From Auanema rhodensis (Eukaryota > Animalia > Nematoda), in assembly GCA_964057225.1 (NCBI GenBank), contig OZ059899.1:21142001-21206000 (forward strand): a stretch of 64,000 nucleotides of DNA, given 5' to 3'. The notes beneath the pieces are model-generated. The model saw only the letters and a program-made list of their open reading frames with translations. It had not been told where the DNA came from and searched no databases. Below are positions 23,876-38,500 of this stretch, one piece after another (within the stretch, counting starts at the first letter, position 1; each line of letters opens with the position of its first letter). Position numbers and translations under genes: made by a program.

Positions 23876-26800
23876 ACATGGAAACTCAACGTACACTAAG
23901 GCATCATTTTTCAAACGATCATAACTAATTTTTGTATTAAGCGTTTCTCAATGTAGTATAGTGCATTCGATGCAAATTTTTAAGCTTCACCCTGAAGAAT
24001 TAATTTTTTCGTTGAATAACAAAGTCCATCGTCTTTGCCTTGAAAAAAGGAATCTAAAAACATCTACTTTTTGCTAAATTATTTTGAAATTTTTCGAAAA
24101 AATTTTTGTCAAAATGTTTTTGGAAGCAATGTTGAGTGTACATGGAAACTCAACGTACACTAATGCATCATTTTTCAAACGATCATAACTAATTTTTGTA
24201 TTAAGCGTTTCTCAATGTAGTATAGTGCATTCGATGCGGATTTTTAAGCTGCGTCGATCTGTGTTATCAGTATTGCGCTAGCTTAAAAATGCACCGAGAT
24301 ATCAACTGATATAAGTTCACACTTATATCCTCGATTTTCACCCTGAAGAATTAATTTTTTCGTTGAATAACATTGTCCATCGTCTTTGCCTTGAAAAAAG
24401 GAATCTAAAAACATCTACTTTTTGCTAAATTATTTTGAAATTTTTTGAAAAAATTTTTGTCAAAATGTTTTTGGAAGCAATGTTGAGTGTACATGGAAAC
24501 TCAACATACACTAATGCATCATTTTTCAAACGATCATAACTAATTTTTGTATTAAGCGTTTCTCAAAGTAGTATAGTGCATTCGATGCGGATTTTTAAGC
24601 TGCGTCGATCTGTGTTATCAGATTTGCGCTAGCTTAAAAATGCACCGAGATATCAACTGATATAAGTTCACACTTATATCCTCGATTTTCACCCTGAAGA
24701 ACTAATTTTTTCGTTGAATAACATTGTCCATCGTCTTTGCCTTGAAAAAAGGAATCTAAAAACATCTACTTTTTGCTAAATTATTTTGAATTTTTTCGAA
24801 AAAAAATTTTTGTCAAAATGTTTTTGGAAGCAATGTTGAGTGTACATGGAAACTCAACATACACTAAGGCATCATTTTTCAAACGATCATAACGAATTTT
24901 TATATTAAGCGTTTCTCAATGTAGTATAGTGCATTCGATGCGAATTTTTAAGCTGCGTCGATCTGTGTTATCAGATTTGCGCTAGCTTAAAAATGCACCG
25001 AGATATCAACTGATATAAGTTCACACTTATATCCTCGATTTTCACCCTGAAGAATTAATTTTTTCGTTGAATAACATTGTCCATCGTCTTTGCCTTGAAA
25101 AAAGGAATCTAAAAACATCTACTTTTTGCTAAATTATTTTGAATTTTTTCGAAAAAAATTTTTGTCAAAATGTTTTTGGAAGCAATGTTGAGTGTACATG
25201 GAAACTCAACGTACACTAAGGCATCATTTTTCAAACGATCATAACTAATTTTTGTATTAAGCGTTTCTCAATGTAGTATAGTGCATTCGATGCAAATTTT
25301 TAAGCTTCACCCTGAAGAATTAATTTTTTCGTTGAATAACAAAGTCCATCGTCTTTGCCTTGAAAAAAGGAATCTAAAAACATCTACTTTTTGCTAAATT
25401 ATTTTGAAATTTTTCGAAAAAATTTTTGTCAAAATGTTTTTGGAAGCAATGTTGAGTGTACATGGAAACTCAACGTACACTAATGCATCATTTTTCAAAC
25501 GATCATAACTAATTTTTGTATTAAGCGTTTCTCAATGTAGTATAGTGCATTCGATGCGGATTTTTAAGCTGCGTCGATCTGTGTTATCAGTATTGCGCTA
25601 GCTTAAAAATGCACCGAGATATCAACTGATATAAGTTCACACTTATATCCTCGATTTTCACCCTGAAGAATTAATTTTTTCGTTGAATAACATTGTCCAT
25701 CGTCTTTGCCTTGAAAAAAGGAATCTAAAAACATCTACTTTTTGCTAAATTATTTTGAAATTTTTTGAAAAAATTTTTGTCAAAATGTTTTTGGAAGCAA
25801 TGTTGAGTGTACATGGAAACTCAACATACACTAATGCATCATTTTTCAAACGATCATAACTAATTTTTGTATTAAGCGTTTCTCAAAGTAGTATAGTGCA
25901 TTCGATGCGGATTTTTAAGCTGCGTCGATCTGTGTTATCAGATTTGCGCTAGCTTAAAAATGCACCGAGATATCAACTGATATAAGTTCACACTTATATC
26001 CTCGATTTTCACCCTGAAGAACTAATTTTTTCGTTGAATAACATTGTCCATCGTCTTTGCCTTGAAAAAAGGAATCTAAAAACATCTACTTTTTGCTAAA
26101 TTATTTTGAATTTTTTCGAAAAAAAATTTTTGTCAAAATGTTTTTGGAAGCAATGTTGAGTGTACATGGAAACTCAACATACACTAAGGCATCATTTTTC
26201 AAACGATCATAACGAATTTTTATATTAAGCGTTTCTCAATGTAGTATAGTGCATTCGATGCGAATTTTTAAGCTGCGTCGATCTGTGTTATCAGATTTGC
26301 GCTAGCTTAAAAATGCACCGAGATATCAACTGATATAAGTTCACACTTATATCCTCGATTTTCACCCTGAAGAATTAATTTTTTCGTTGAATAACATTGT
26401 CCATCGTCTTTGCCTTGAAAAAAGGAATCTAAAAACATCTACTTTTTGCTAAATTATTTTGAATTTTTTCGAAAAAAATTTTTGTCAAAATGTTTTTGGA
26501 AGCAATGTTGAGTGTACATGGAAACTCAACGTACACTAAGGCATCATTTTTCAAACGATCATAACTAATTTTTGTATTAAGCGTTTCTCAATGTAGTATA
26601 GTGCATTCGATGCAAATTTTTAAGCTTCACCCTGAAGAATTAATTTTTTCGTTGAATAACAAAGTCCATCGTCTTTGCCTTGAAAAAAGGAATCTAAAAA
26701 CATCTACTTTTTGCTAAATTATTTTGAAATTTTTCGAAAAAATTTTTGTCAAAATGTTTTTGGAAGCAATGTTGAGTGTACATGGAAACTCAACGTACAC

Positions 26801-27835
26801 TAATGCATCATTTTTCAAACGATCATAACTAATTTTTGTATTAAGCGTTTCTCAATGTAGTATAGTGCATTCGATGCGGATTTTTAAGCTGCGTCGATCT
26901 GTGTTATCAGTATTGCGCTAGCTTAAAAATGCACCGAGATATCAACTGATATAAGTTCACACTTATATCCTCGATTTTCACCCTGAAGAATTAATTTTTT
27001 CGTTGAATAACATTGTCCATCGTCTTTGCCTTGAAAAAAGGAATCTAAAAACATCTACTTTTTGCTAAATTATTTTGAAATTTTTTGAAAAAATTTTTGT
27101 CAAAATGTTTTTGGAAGCAATGTTGAGTGTACATGGAAACTCAACATACACTAATGCATCATTTTTCAAACGATCATAACTAATTTTTGTATTAAGCGTT
27201 TCTCGAAGTAGTATAGTGCATTCGATGCGGATTTTTAAGCTGCGTCGATCTGTGTTATCAGATTTGCGCTAGCTTAAAAATGCACCGAGATATCAACTGA
27301 TATAAGTTCACACTTATATCCTCGATTTTCACCCTGAAGAACTAATTTTTTCGTTGAATAACATTGTCCATCGTCTTTGCCTTGAAAAAAGGAATCTAAA
27401 AACATCTACTTTTTGCTAAATTATTTTGAATTTTTTCGAAAAAAAATTTTTGTCAAAATGTTTTTGGAAGCAATGTTGAGTGTACATGGAAACTCAACAT
27501 ACACTAAGGCATCATTTTTCAAACGATCATAACGAATTTTTATATTAAGCGTTTCTCAATGTAGTATAGTGCATTCGATGCGAATTTTTAAGCTGCGTCG
27601 ATCTGTGTTATCAGATTTGCGCTAGCTTAAAAATGCACCGAGATATCAACTGATATAAGTTCACACTTATATCCTCGATTTTCACCCTGAAGAATTAATT
27701 TTTTCGTTGAATAACATTGTCCATCGTCTTTGCCTTGAAAAAAGGAATCTAAAAACATCTACTTTTTGCTAAATTATTTTGAATTTTTTCGAAAAAAATT
27801 TTTGTCAAAATGTTTTTGGAAGCAATGTTGAGTGT
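23876..27835 (+). repeat. Higher-order repeat, 4-mer (264+351+353+352 = 1320 bp), three copies plus the start of a fourth
   Basis: Deletion junctions at 23982, 25302, 26622 and 27942 are exactly 1320 bp apart. Variant tcagTAttg occurs at about 24271, 25591 and 26911. Confidence 0.95.
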
Positions 27836-30830
27836 ACATGGAAACTCAACGTACACTAAGGCATCATTTTTCAAACGATCATAACTAATTTTTGTATTAA
27901 GCGTTTCTCAATGTAGTATAGTGCATTCGATGCAAATTTTTAAGCTTCACCCTGAAGAATTAATTTTTTCGTTGAATAACATTGTCCATCGTCTTTGCCT
28001 TGAAAGAAGGAATCTAAAAACATCTACTTTTTGCTAAATTATTTTGAAATTTTTTGAAAAAATTTTTGTCAAAATGTTTTTGGAAGCAATGTTGAGTGTA
28101 CATGGAAACTCAACATACACTAATGCATCATTTTTCAGACGATCACAACTAATTTTTGTATCAAGCGTTTCTCAATGTAGTATAGTGCATTCGATGCGAA
28201 TTTTTAAGCTGCGTCGATCTGTGTTATCAGATTTGCGCTAGCTTAAAAATGCACCGAGATATCAACTGATATAAGTTCACACTTATATCCTCGATTTTCA
28301 CCCTGAAGAATTAATTTTTTCGTTGAATAACATTGTCCATCGTCTTTGCCTTGAAAAAAGGAATCTAAAAACATCTACTTTTTGCTAAATTATTTTGAAA
28401 TTTTTCGAAAAAATTTTTGTCAAAATGTTTTTGGAAGCAATGTTAAGTGTACATGGAAACTCAACATACACTAAGGCATCATTTTTCAAACGATCATAAC
28501 GAATTTTTGTATTAAGCGTTTCTCAATGTAGTATAGTGCATTCGATGCGAATTTTTAAGCTGCGTCGATCTGTGTTATCAGATTTGCGCTAGCTTAAAAA
28601 TGCACCGAGATATCAACTGATATAAGTTCACACTTATATCCTCGATTTTCACCCTGAAGAATTAATTTTTTCGTTGAATAACATTGTCCATCGTCTTTGC
28701 CTTGAAAAAAGGAATTTCAAAACATCTACTTTTTGCTAAATTATTTTGAAATTTTTCGAAAAATTTCAAAATCAAAATGTTTTTGGAAGCAATGTTGAGT
28801 GTACATGGAAACTCAACATACACTAATGCATCATTTTTCAAACGATCATAACTAATTTTTGTATTAAGCGTTTCTCAATGTAGTATAGTGCATTCGATGC
28901 GGATTTTTAAGCTGCGTCGATCTGTGTTATCAGATTTGCGCTAGCTTAAAAATGCACCGAGATATCAACTGATATAAGTTCACACTTATATCCTCGATTT
29001 TCACCCTGAAGAATTAATTTTTTCGTTGAATAACATTGTCCATCGTCTTTGCCTTGAAAAAAGGAATCTAAAAACATCTACTTTTTGCTAAATTATTTTG
29101 AAATTTTTCGAAAAAATTTTTGTCAAAATGTTTTTGGAAGCAATGTTGAGTGTACATGGAAACTCAACGTACACTAATGCATCATTTTTCAAACGATCAT
29201 AACTAATTTTTGTATTAAGCGTTTCTCAAAGTAGTATAGTGCATTCGATGCGGATTTTTAAGCTGCGTCGATCTGTGTTATCAGATTTGCGCTAGCTTAA
29301 AAATGCACCGAGATATCAACTGATATAAGTTCACACTTATATCCTCGATTTTCACCCTGAAGAACTAATTTTTTCGTTGAATAACATTGTCCATCGTCTT
29401 TGCCTTGAAAAAAGGAATCTAAAAACATCTACTTTTTGCTAAATTATTTTGAATTTTTTCGAAAAAAAATTTTTGTCAAAATGTTTTTGGAAGCAATGTT
29501 GAGTGTACATGGAAACTCAACATACACTAAGGCATCATTTTTCAAACGATCATAACGAATTTTTATATTAAGCGTTTCTCAATGTAGTATAGTGCATTCG
29601 ATGCGAATTTTTAAGCTGCGTCGATCTGTGTTATCAGATTTGCGCTAGCTTAAAAATGCACCGAGATATCAACTGATATAAGTTCACACTTATATCCTCG
29701 ATTTTCACCCTGAAGAATTAATTTTTTCGTTGAATAACATTGTCCATCGTCTTTGCCTTGAAAAAAGGAATCTAAAAACATCTACTTTTTGCTAAATTAT
29801 TTTGAATTTTTTCGAAAAAAATTTTTGTCAAAATGTTTTTGGAAGCAATGTTGAGTGTACATGGAAACTCAACGTACACTAAGGCATCATTTTTCAAACG
29901 ATCATAACTAATTTTTGTATTAAGCGTTTCTCAATGTAGTATAGTGCATTCGATGCAAATTTTTAAGCTTCACCCTGAAGAATTAATTTTTTCGTTGAAT
30001 AACATTGTCCATCGTCTTTGCCTTGAAAGAAGGAATCTAAAAACATCTACTTTTTGCTAAATTATTTTGAAATTTTTTGAAAAAATTTTTGTCAAAATGT
30101 TTTTGGAAGCAATGTTGAGTGTACATGGAAACTCAACATACACTAATGCATCATTTTTCAGACGATCACAACTAATTTTTGTATCAAGCGTTTCTCAATG
30201 TAGTATAGTGCATTCGATGCGAATTTTTAAGCTGCGTCGATCTGTGTTATCAAATTTGCGCTAGCTTAAAAATGCACCGAGATATCAACTGATATAAGTT
30301 CACACTTATATCCTCGATTTTCACCCTGAAGAATTAATTTTTTCGTTGAATAACATTGTCCATCGTCTTTGCCTTGAAAAAAGGAATCTAAAAACATCTA
30401 CTTTTTGCTAAATTATTTTGAATTTTTTCGAAAAAAATTTTTGTCAAAATGTTTTTGGAAGCAATGTTGAGTGTACATGGAAACTCAACATACACTAAGG
30501 CATCATTTTTCAAACGATCATAACGAATTTTTGTCTTAAGCGTTTCTCAATGTAGTATAGTGCATTCGATGCGAATTTTTAAGCTGCGTCGATCTGTGTT
30601 ATCAGATTTGCGCTAGCTTAAAAATGCACCGAGATATCAACTGATATAAGTTCACACTTATATCCTCGATTTTCACCCTGAAGAATTAATTTTTTCGTTG
30701 AATAACATTGTCCATCGTCTTTGCCTTGAAAAAAGGAATTTAAAAACATCTACTTTTTGCTAAATTATTTTGAAATTTTTCGAAAAATTTCAAAATCAAA
30801 ATGTTTTTGGAAGCAATGTTGAGTGTACAT
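27836..30830 (+). repeat. 6-mer duplication with 2023-bp offset (one full and one partial copy)
   Basis: Deletion junctions 27942/29965 and the private cagacgatcacaact variant (about 28136/30160) share the offset. The two listed ORFs (28044/30067) are also 2023 bp apart. Confidence 0.85.
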
Positions 30831-32584
30831 GGAAACTCAACGTACACTAATGCATCATTTTTCAAACGATCATAACTAATTTTTGTATTAAGCGTTTCTC
30901 AATATAGTATAGTGCATTCGATGCGGATTTTTAAGCTGCGTCGATCTGTATTATTAGATTTGCGCTAGCTTAAAAATGCACCGAGATATCAACTGATATA
31001 AGTTCACACTTATATCCTCGATTTTCACCCTGAAGAATTAATTTTTTCGTTGAATAACATTGTCCATCGTCTTTGCCTTGAAAAAAGGAATCTAAAAACA
31101 TCTACTTTTTGCTAAATTATTTTGAAATTTTTCGAAAAATTTCAAAATCAAAATGTTTTTGGAAGCAATGTTGAGTGTACATGGAAACTCAACGTACACT
31201 AATGCATCATTTTTCAAACGATCATAACTAATTTTTGTATTAAGCGTTTCTCAATATAGTATAGTGCATTCGATGCGGATTTTTAAGCTGCGTCGATCTG
31301 TATTATTAGATTTGCGCTAGCTTAAAAATGCACCGAGATATCAACTGATATAAGTTCACACTTATATCCTCGATTTTCACCCTGAAGAACTAATTTTTCC
31401 GTTGAATAACATTGTCCATCGTCTTTGCCTCGAAAAAAGAAATCTAAAAACATCTACTTTTTGCTAAATTATTTTGAAGTTTTTCGAAAATTTTCAAAAT
31501 CAAAATGTTTTTGGAAGCAATGTTGAGTGTACATGGAAACTCAACATACACTAATGCATCATTTTTCAAACGATCATAACTAATTTTTGTATTAAGCGTT
31601 TCTCAAAGTAGTATAGTGCATTCGATGCGGATTTTCAAGCTGCGTCGATCTGTGTTATCAGATTTACGCTAGCTTAAAAATGCACCGAGATATCAACTAA
31701 TATAAGTTCACACTTATATTCTCGATTTTCACCCTGAAGAATTAATTTTTTCGTTGAATAACATTGTCCATCGTCTTTGCCTTGAAAAAAGGAATCTAAA
31801 AACATCTACTTTTTGCTAAATTATTTTGAAATTTCTTGAAAAAATTTTTGTCAAAATGTTTTTGGAAGCAATGTTGAGTGTACATGGAAACTCAACATAC
31901 ACTAATGCATCATTTTTCAAACGATCATAACTAATTTTTGTATTAAGCGTTTCTCAAAGTAGTATAGTGCATTCGATGCGGATTTTTAAGCTGCGTCGAT
32001 CTGTGTTATCAGATTTGCGCTAGCTTAAAAATGCACCGAGATATCAACTGATATAAGTTCACACTTATATCCTCGATTTTCACCCTGAAGAACTAATTTT
32101 TTCGTTGAATAACATTGTCCATCGTCTTTGCCTTGAAAAAAGGAATCTAAAAACATCTACTTTTTGCTAAATTATTTTGAAATTTTTCGAAAAATTTCAA
32201 AATCAAAATGTTTTTGGAAGCAATGTTGAGTGTACATGGAAACTCAACATACACTAATGCATCATTTTTCAAACGATCATAACTAATTTTTGTATTAAGC
32301 GTTTCTCAAAGTAGTATAGTGCATTCGATGCGGATTTTCAAGCTGCGTCGATCTGTGTTATCAGATTTGCGCTAGCTTAAAAATGCACCGAGATATCAAC
32401 TAATATAAGTTCACACTTATATTCTCGATTTTCACCCTGAAGAATTAATTTTTTCGTTGAATAACATTGTCCATCGTCTTTGCCTTGAAAAAAGGAATCT
32501 AAAAACATCTACTTTTTGCTAAATTATTTTGAAATTTTTCGAAAAAATTTTTGTCAAAATGTTTTTGGAAGCAATGTTGAGTGT

Positions 32585-35500
32585 ACATGGAAACTCAACG
32601 TACACTAATGCATCATTTTTCAAACGATCATAACTAATTTTTGTATTAAGCGTTTCTCAATGTAGTATAGTGCATTCGATGCGGATTTTTAAGCTGCGTC
32701 GATCTGTATTATTAGATTTGCGCTAGCTTAAAAATGCACCGAGATATCAACTGATATAAGTTCACACTTATATCCTCGATTTTCACCCTGAAGAATTAAT
32801 TTTTTCGTTGAATAACATTGTCCATCGTCTTTGCCTTGAAAAAAGGAATCTAAAAACATCTACTTTTTGCTAAATTATTTTGAAATTTTTTGAAAAAATT
32901 TTTGTCAAAATGTTTTTGGAAGCAATGTTGAGTGTACATGGAAACTCAACATACACTAATGCATCATTTTTCAAACGATCATAACTAATTTTTGTATTAA
33001 GCGTTTCTCAAAGTAGTATAGTGCATTCGATGCGGATTTTTAAGCTGCGTCGATCTGTGTTATCAGATTTGCGCTAGCTTAAAAATGCACCGAGATATCA
33101 ACTGATATAAGTTCACACTTATATCCTCGATTTTCACCCTGAAGAATTAATTTTTTCGTTGAATAACATTGTCCATCGTCTTTGCCTTGAAAAAAGGAAT
33201 CTAAAAACATCTACTTTTTGCTAAATTATTTTGAAATTTTTTGAAAAAATTTTTGTCAAAATGTTTTTGGAAGCAATGTTGAGTGTACATGGAAACTCAA
33301 CGTACACTAATGCATCATTTTTCAAACGATCATAACTAATTTTTGCATTAAGCGTTTCTCAAAGTAGTATAGTGCATTCGATGCGGATTTTTAAGCTGCG
33401 TCGATCTGTGTTATCAGATTTGCGCTAGCTTAAAAATGCACCGAGATATCAACTGATATAAGTTCACACTTATATCCTCGATTTTCACCCTGAAGAATTA
33501 ATTTTTTCGTTGAATAACATTGTCCATCGTCTTTGCCTTGAAAAAAGGAATCTAAAAACATCTACTTTTTGCTAAATTATTTTGAAATTTTTTGAAAAAA
33601 TTTTTGTCAAAATGTTTTTGGAAGCAATGTTGACTGTACATGGAAACTCAACATACACTAATGCATCATTTTTCAAACGATCATAACTAATTTTTGTATT
33701 AAGCGTTTTTCAATGTAGTATAGTGCATTCGATGCGGATTTTTAAGCTGCGTCGATCTGTGTTATCAGATTTGCGCTAGCTTAAAAATGCACCGAGATAT
33801 CAACTGATATAAGTTCACACTTATATCCTCGATTTTCACCCTGAAGAATTAATTTTTTCGTTGAATAACATTGTCCATCGTCTTCGCCTTGAAAAAAGGA
33901 ATCTAAAAACATCTACTTTTTGCTAAATTATTTTGAAATTTTTTGAAAAAATTTTTGTCAAAATGTTTTTGGAAGCAATGTTGAGTGTACATGGAAACTC
34001 AACATACACTAATGCATCATTTTTCAAACGATCATAACTAATTTTTGTATTAAGCGTTTCTCAAAGTAGTATAGTGCATTCGATGCGGATTTTTAAGCTG
34101 CGTCGATCTGTGTTATCAGATTTGCGCTAGCTTAAAAATGCACCGAGATATCAACTAATATAAGTTCACACTTATATTCTCGATTTTCACCCTGAAGAAT
34201 CAATTTTTTCGTTGAATAACATTGTCCATCGTCTTTGCCTTGAAAAAAGGAATCTAAAAACATCTACTTTTTGCTAAATTATTTTGAAATTTTTCGAAAA
34301 AATTTTTGTCAAAATGTTTTTGGAAGCAATGTTGAGTGTACATGGAAACTCAACGTACACTAATGCATCATTTTTCAAACGATCATAACTAATTTTTGTA
34401 TTAAGCGTTTCTCAATGTAGTATAGTGCATTCGATGCGGATTTTTAAGCTGCGTCGATCTGTGTTATCAGATTTGCGCTAGCTTAAAAATGCACCGAGAT
34501 ATCAACTGATATAAGTTCACACTTATATCCTCGATTTTCACCCTGAAGAATTAATTTTTTCGTTGAATAACATTGTCCATCGTCTTTGCCTTGAAAAAAG
34601 GAATCTAAAAACATCTACTTTTTGCTAAATTATTTTGAAATTTTTCGAAAAAATTTTTGTCAAAATGTTTTTGGAAGCAATGTTGAGTGTACATGGAAAC
34701 TCAACGTACACTAATGCATCATTTTTCAAACGATCATAACTAATTTTTGTATTAAGCGTTTCTCAATATAGTATAGTGCATTCGATGCGGATTTTTAAGC
34801 TGCGTCGATCTGTATTATTAGATTTGCGCTAGCTTAAAAATGCACCGAGATATCAACTGATATAAGTTCACACTTATATCCTCGATTTTCACCCTGAAGA
34901 ATTAATTTTTTCGTTGAATAACATTGTCCATCGTCTTTGCCTTGAAAAAAGGAATCTAAAAACATCTACTTTTTGCTAAATTATTTTGAAATTTTTTGAA
35001 AAAATTTTTGTCAAAATGTTTTTGGAAGCAATGTTGAGTGTACATGGAAACTCAACATACACTAATGCATCATTTTTCAAACGATCATAACTAATTTTTG
35101 TATTAAGCGTTTCTCAAAGTAGTATAGTGCATTCGATGCGGATTTTTAAGCTGCGTCGATCTGTGTTATCAGATTTGCGCTAGCTTAAAAATGCACCGAG
35201 ATATCAACTGATATAAGTTCACACTTATATCCTCGATTTTCACCCTGAAGAATTAATTTTTTCGTTGAATAACATTGTCCATCGTCTTTGCCTTGAAAAA
35301 AGGAATCTAAAAACATCTACTTTTTGCTAAATTATTTTGAAATTTTTTGAAAAAATTTTTGTCAAAATGTTTTTGGAAGCAATGTTGAGTGTACATGGAA
35401 ACTCAACGTACACTAATGCATCATTTTTCAAACGATCATAACTAATTTTTGCATTAAGCGTTTCTCAAAGTAGTATAGTGCATTCGATGCGGATTTTTAA

Positions 35501-38500
35501 GCTGCGTCGATCTGTGTTATCAGATTTGCGCTAGCTTAAAAATGCACCGAGATATCAACTGATATAAGTTCACACTTATATCCTCGATTTTCACCCTGAA
35601 GAATTAATTTTTTCGTTGAATAACATTGTCCATCGTCTTTGCCTTGAAAAAAGGAATCTAAAAACATCTACTTTTTGCTAAATTATTTTGAAATTTTTTG
35701 AAAAAATTTTTGTCAAAATGTTTTTGGAAGCAATGTTGACTGTACATGGAAACTCAACATACACTAATGCATCATTTTTCAAACGATCATAACTAATTTT
35801 TGTATTAAGCGTTTTTCAATGTAGTATAGTGCATTCGATGCGGATTTTTAAGCTGCGTCGATCTGTGTTATCAGATTTGCGCTAGCTTAAAAATGCACCG
35901 AGATATCAACTGATATAAGTTCACACTTATATCCTCGATTTTCACATTGAAGAATTAATTTTTTCGTTGAATAACATTGTCCATCGTCTTCGCCTTGAAA
36001 AAAGGAATCTAAAAACATCTACTTTTTGCTAAATTATTTTGAAATTTTTTGAAAAAATTTTTGTCAAAATGTTTTTGGAAGCAATGTTGAGTGTACATGG
36101 AAACTCAACATACACTAATGCATCATTTTTCAAACGATCATAACTAATTTTTGTATTAAGCGTTTCTCAAAGTAGTATAGTGCATTCGATGCGGATTTTT
36201 AAGCTGCGTCGATCTGTGTTATCAGATTTGCGCTAGCTTAAAAATGCACCGAGATATCAACTGATATAAGTTCACACTTATATCCTCGATTTTCACCCTG
36301 AAGAATTAATTTTTTCGTTGAATTACATTGTCCATCGTCTTTGCCTTGAAAAAAGGAATCTAAAAACATCTACTTTTTGCTAAATTATTTTGAAATTTTT
36401 TGAAAAAATTTTTGTCAAAATGTTTTTGGAAGCAATGTTGACTGTACATGGAAACTCAACATACACTAATGCATCATTTTTCAAACGATCATAACTAATT
36501 TTTGTATTAAGCGTTTTTCAATGTAGTATAGTGCATTCGATGCGGATTTTTAAGCTGCGTCGATCTGTGTTATCAGATTTGCGCTAGCTTAAAAATGCAC
36601 CGAGATATCAACTGATATAAGTTCACACTTATATCCTCGATTTTCACCCTGAAGAACTAATTTTTTCGTTGAATAACATTGTCCATCGTCTTTGCCTTGA
36701 AAAAAGGAATCTAAAAACATCTACTTTTTGCTAAATTATTTTGAAATTTTTCGAAAAAATTTTTGTCAAAATGTTTTTGGAAGCAATGTTGAGTGTACAT
36801 GGAAACTCAACGTACACTAATGCATCATTTTTCAAACGATCATAACTAATTTTTGTATTAAGCGTTTCTCAATGTAGTATAGTGCATTCGATGCGGATTT
36901 TTAAGCTGCGTCGATCTGTGTTATCAGATTTGCGCTAGCTTAAAAATGCACCGAGATATCAACTGATATAAGTTCACACTTATATCCTCGATTTTCACCC
37001 TGAAGAATTAATTTTTTCGTTGAATAACATTGTCCATCGTCTTTGCCTTGAAAAAAGGAATCTAAAAACATCTACTTTTTGCTAAATTATTTTGAAATTT
37101 TTCGAAAAAATTTTTGTCAAAATGTTTTTGGAAGCAATGTTGAGTGTACATGGAAACTCAACGTACACTAATGCATCATTTTTCAAACGATCATAACTAA
37201 TTTTTGTATTAAGCGTTTCTCAATATAGTATAGTGCATTCGATGCGGATTTTTAAGCTGCGTCGATCTGTATTATTAGATTTGCGCTAGCTTAAAAATGC
37301 ACCGAGATATCAACTGATATAAGTTCACACTTATATCCTCGATTTTCACCCTGAAGAATTAATTTTTTCGTTGAATAACATTGTCCATCGTCTTTGCCTT
37401 GAAAAAAGGAATCTAAAAACATCTACTTTTTGCTAAATTATTTTGAAATTTTTTGAAAAAATTTTTGTCAAAATGTTTTTGGAAGCAATGTTGAGTGTAC
37501 ATGGAAACTCAACATACACTAATGCATCATTTTTCAAACGATCATAACTAATTTTTGTATTAAGCGTTTCTCAAAGTAGTATAGTGCATTCGATGCGGAT
37601 TTTTAAGCTGCGTCGATCTGTGTTATCAGATTTGCGCTAGCTTAAAAATGCACCGAGATATCAACTGATATAAGTTCACACTTATATCCTCGATTTTCAC
37701 CCTGAAGAATTAATTTTTTCGTTGAATAACATTGTCCATCGTCTTTGCCTTGAAAAAAGGAATCTAAAAACATCTACTTTTTGCTAAATTATTTTGAAAT
37801 TTTTTGAAAAAATTTTTGTCAAAATGTTTTTGGAAGCAATGTTGAGTGTACATGGAAACTCAACGTACACTAATGCATCATTTTTCAAACGATCATAACT
37901 AATTTTTGCATTAAGCGTTTCTCAAAGTAGTATAGTGCATTCGATGCGGATTTTTAAGCTGCGTCGATCTGTGTTATCAGATTTGCGCTAGCTTAAAAAT
38001 GCACCGAGATATCAACTGATATAAGTTCACACTTATATCCTCGATTTTCACCCTGAAGAATTAATTTTTTCGTTGAATAACATTGTCCATCGTCTTTGCC
38101 TTGAAAAAAGGAATCTAAAAACATCTACTTTTTGCTAAATTATTTTGAAATTTTTTGAAAAAATTTTTGTCAAAATGTTTTTGGAAGCAATGTTGACTGT
38201 ACATGGAAACTCAACATACACTAATGCATCATTTTTCAAACGATCATAACTAATTTTTGTATTAAGCGTTTTTCAATGTAGTATAGTGCATTCGATGCGG
38301 ATTTTTAAGCTGCGTCGATCTGTGTTATCAGATTTGCGCTAGCTTAAAAATGCACCGAGATATCAACTGATATAAGTTCACACTTATATCCTCGATTTTC
38401 ACATTGAAGAATTAATTTTTTCGTTGAATAACATTGTCCATCGTCTTCGCCTTGAAAAAAGGAATCTAAAAACATCTACTTTTTGCTAAATTATTTTGAA

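Noticed and set aside
28044-28241. 65-aa ORF MKFFEKIF...SDLR
   Set aside because: It starts at TTG and lies wholly in satellite sequence. It is open only because two point variants (cataac to cacaac, attaag to atcaag) remove TAA stops present in other monomers. No recognisable protein family.
30067-30264. Second copy of the 65-aa ORF
   Set aside because: It is the 2023-bp duplicate of the same variant monomer and is not independent evidence of coding.
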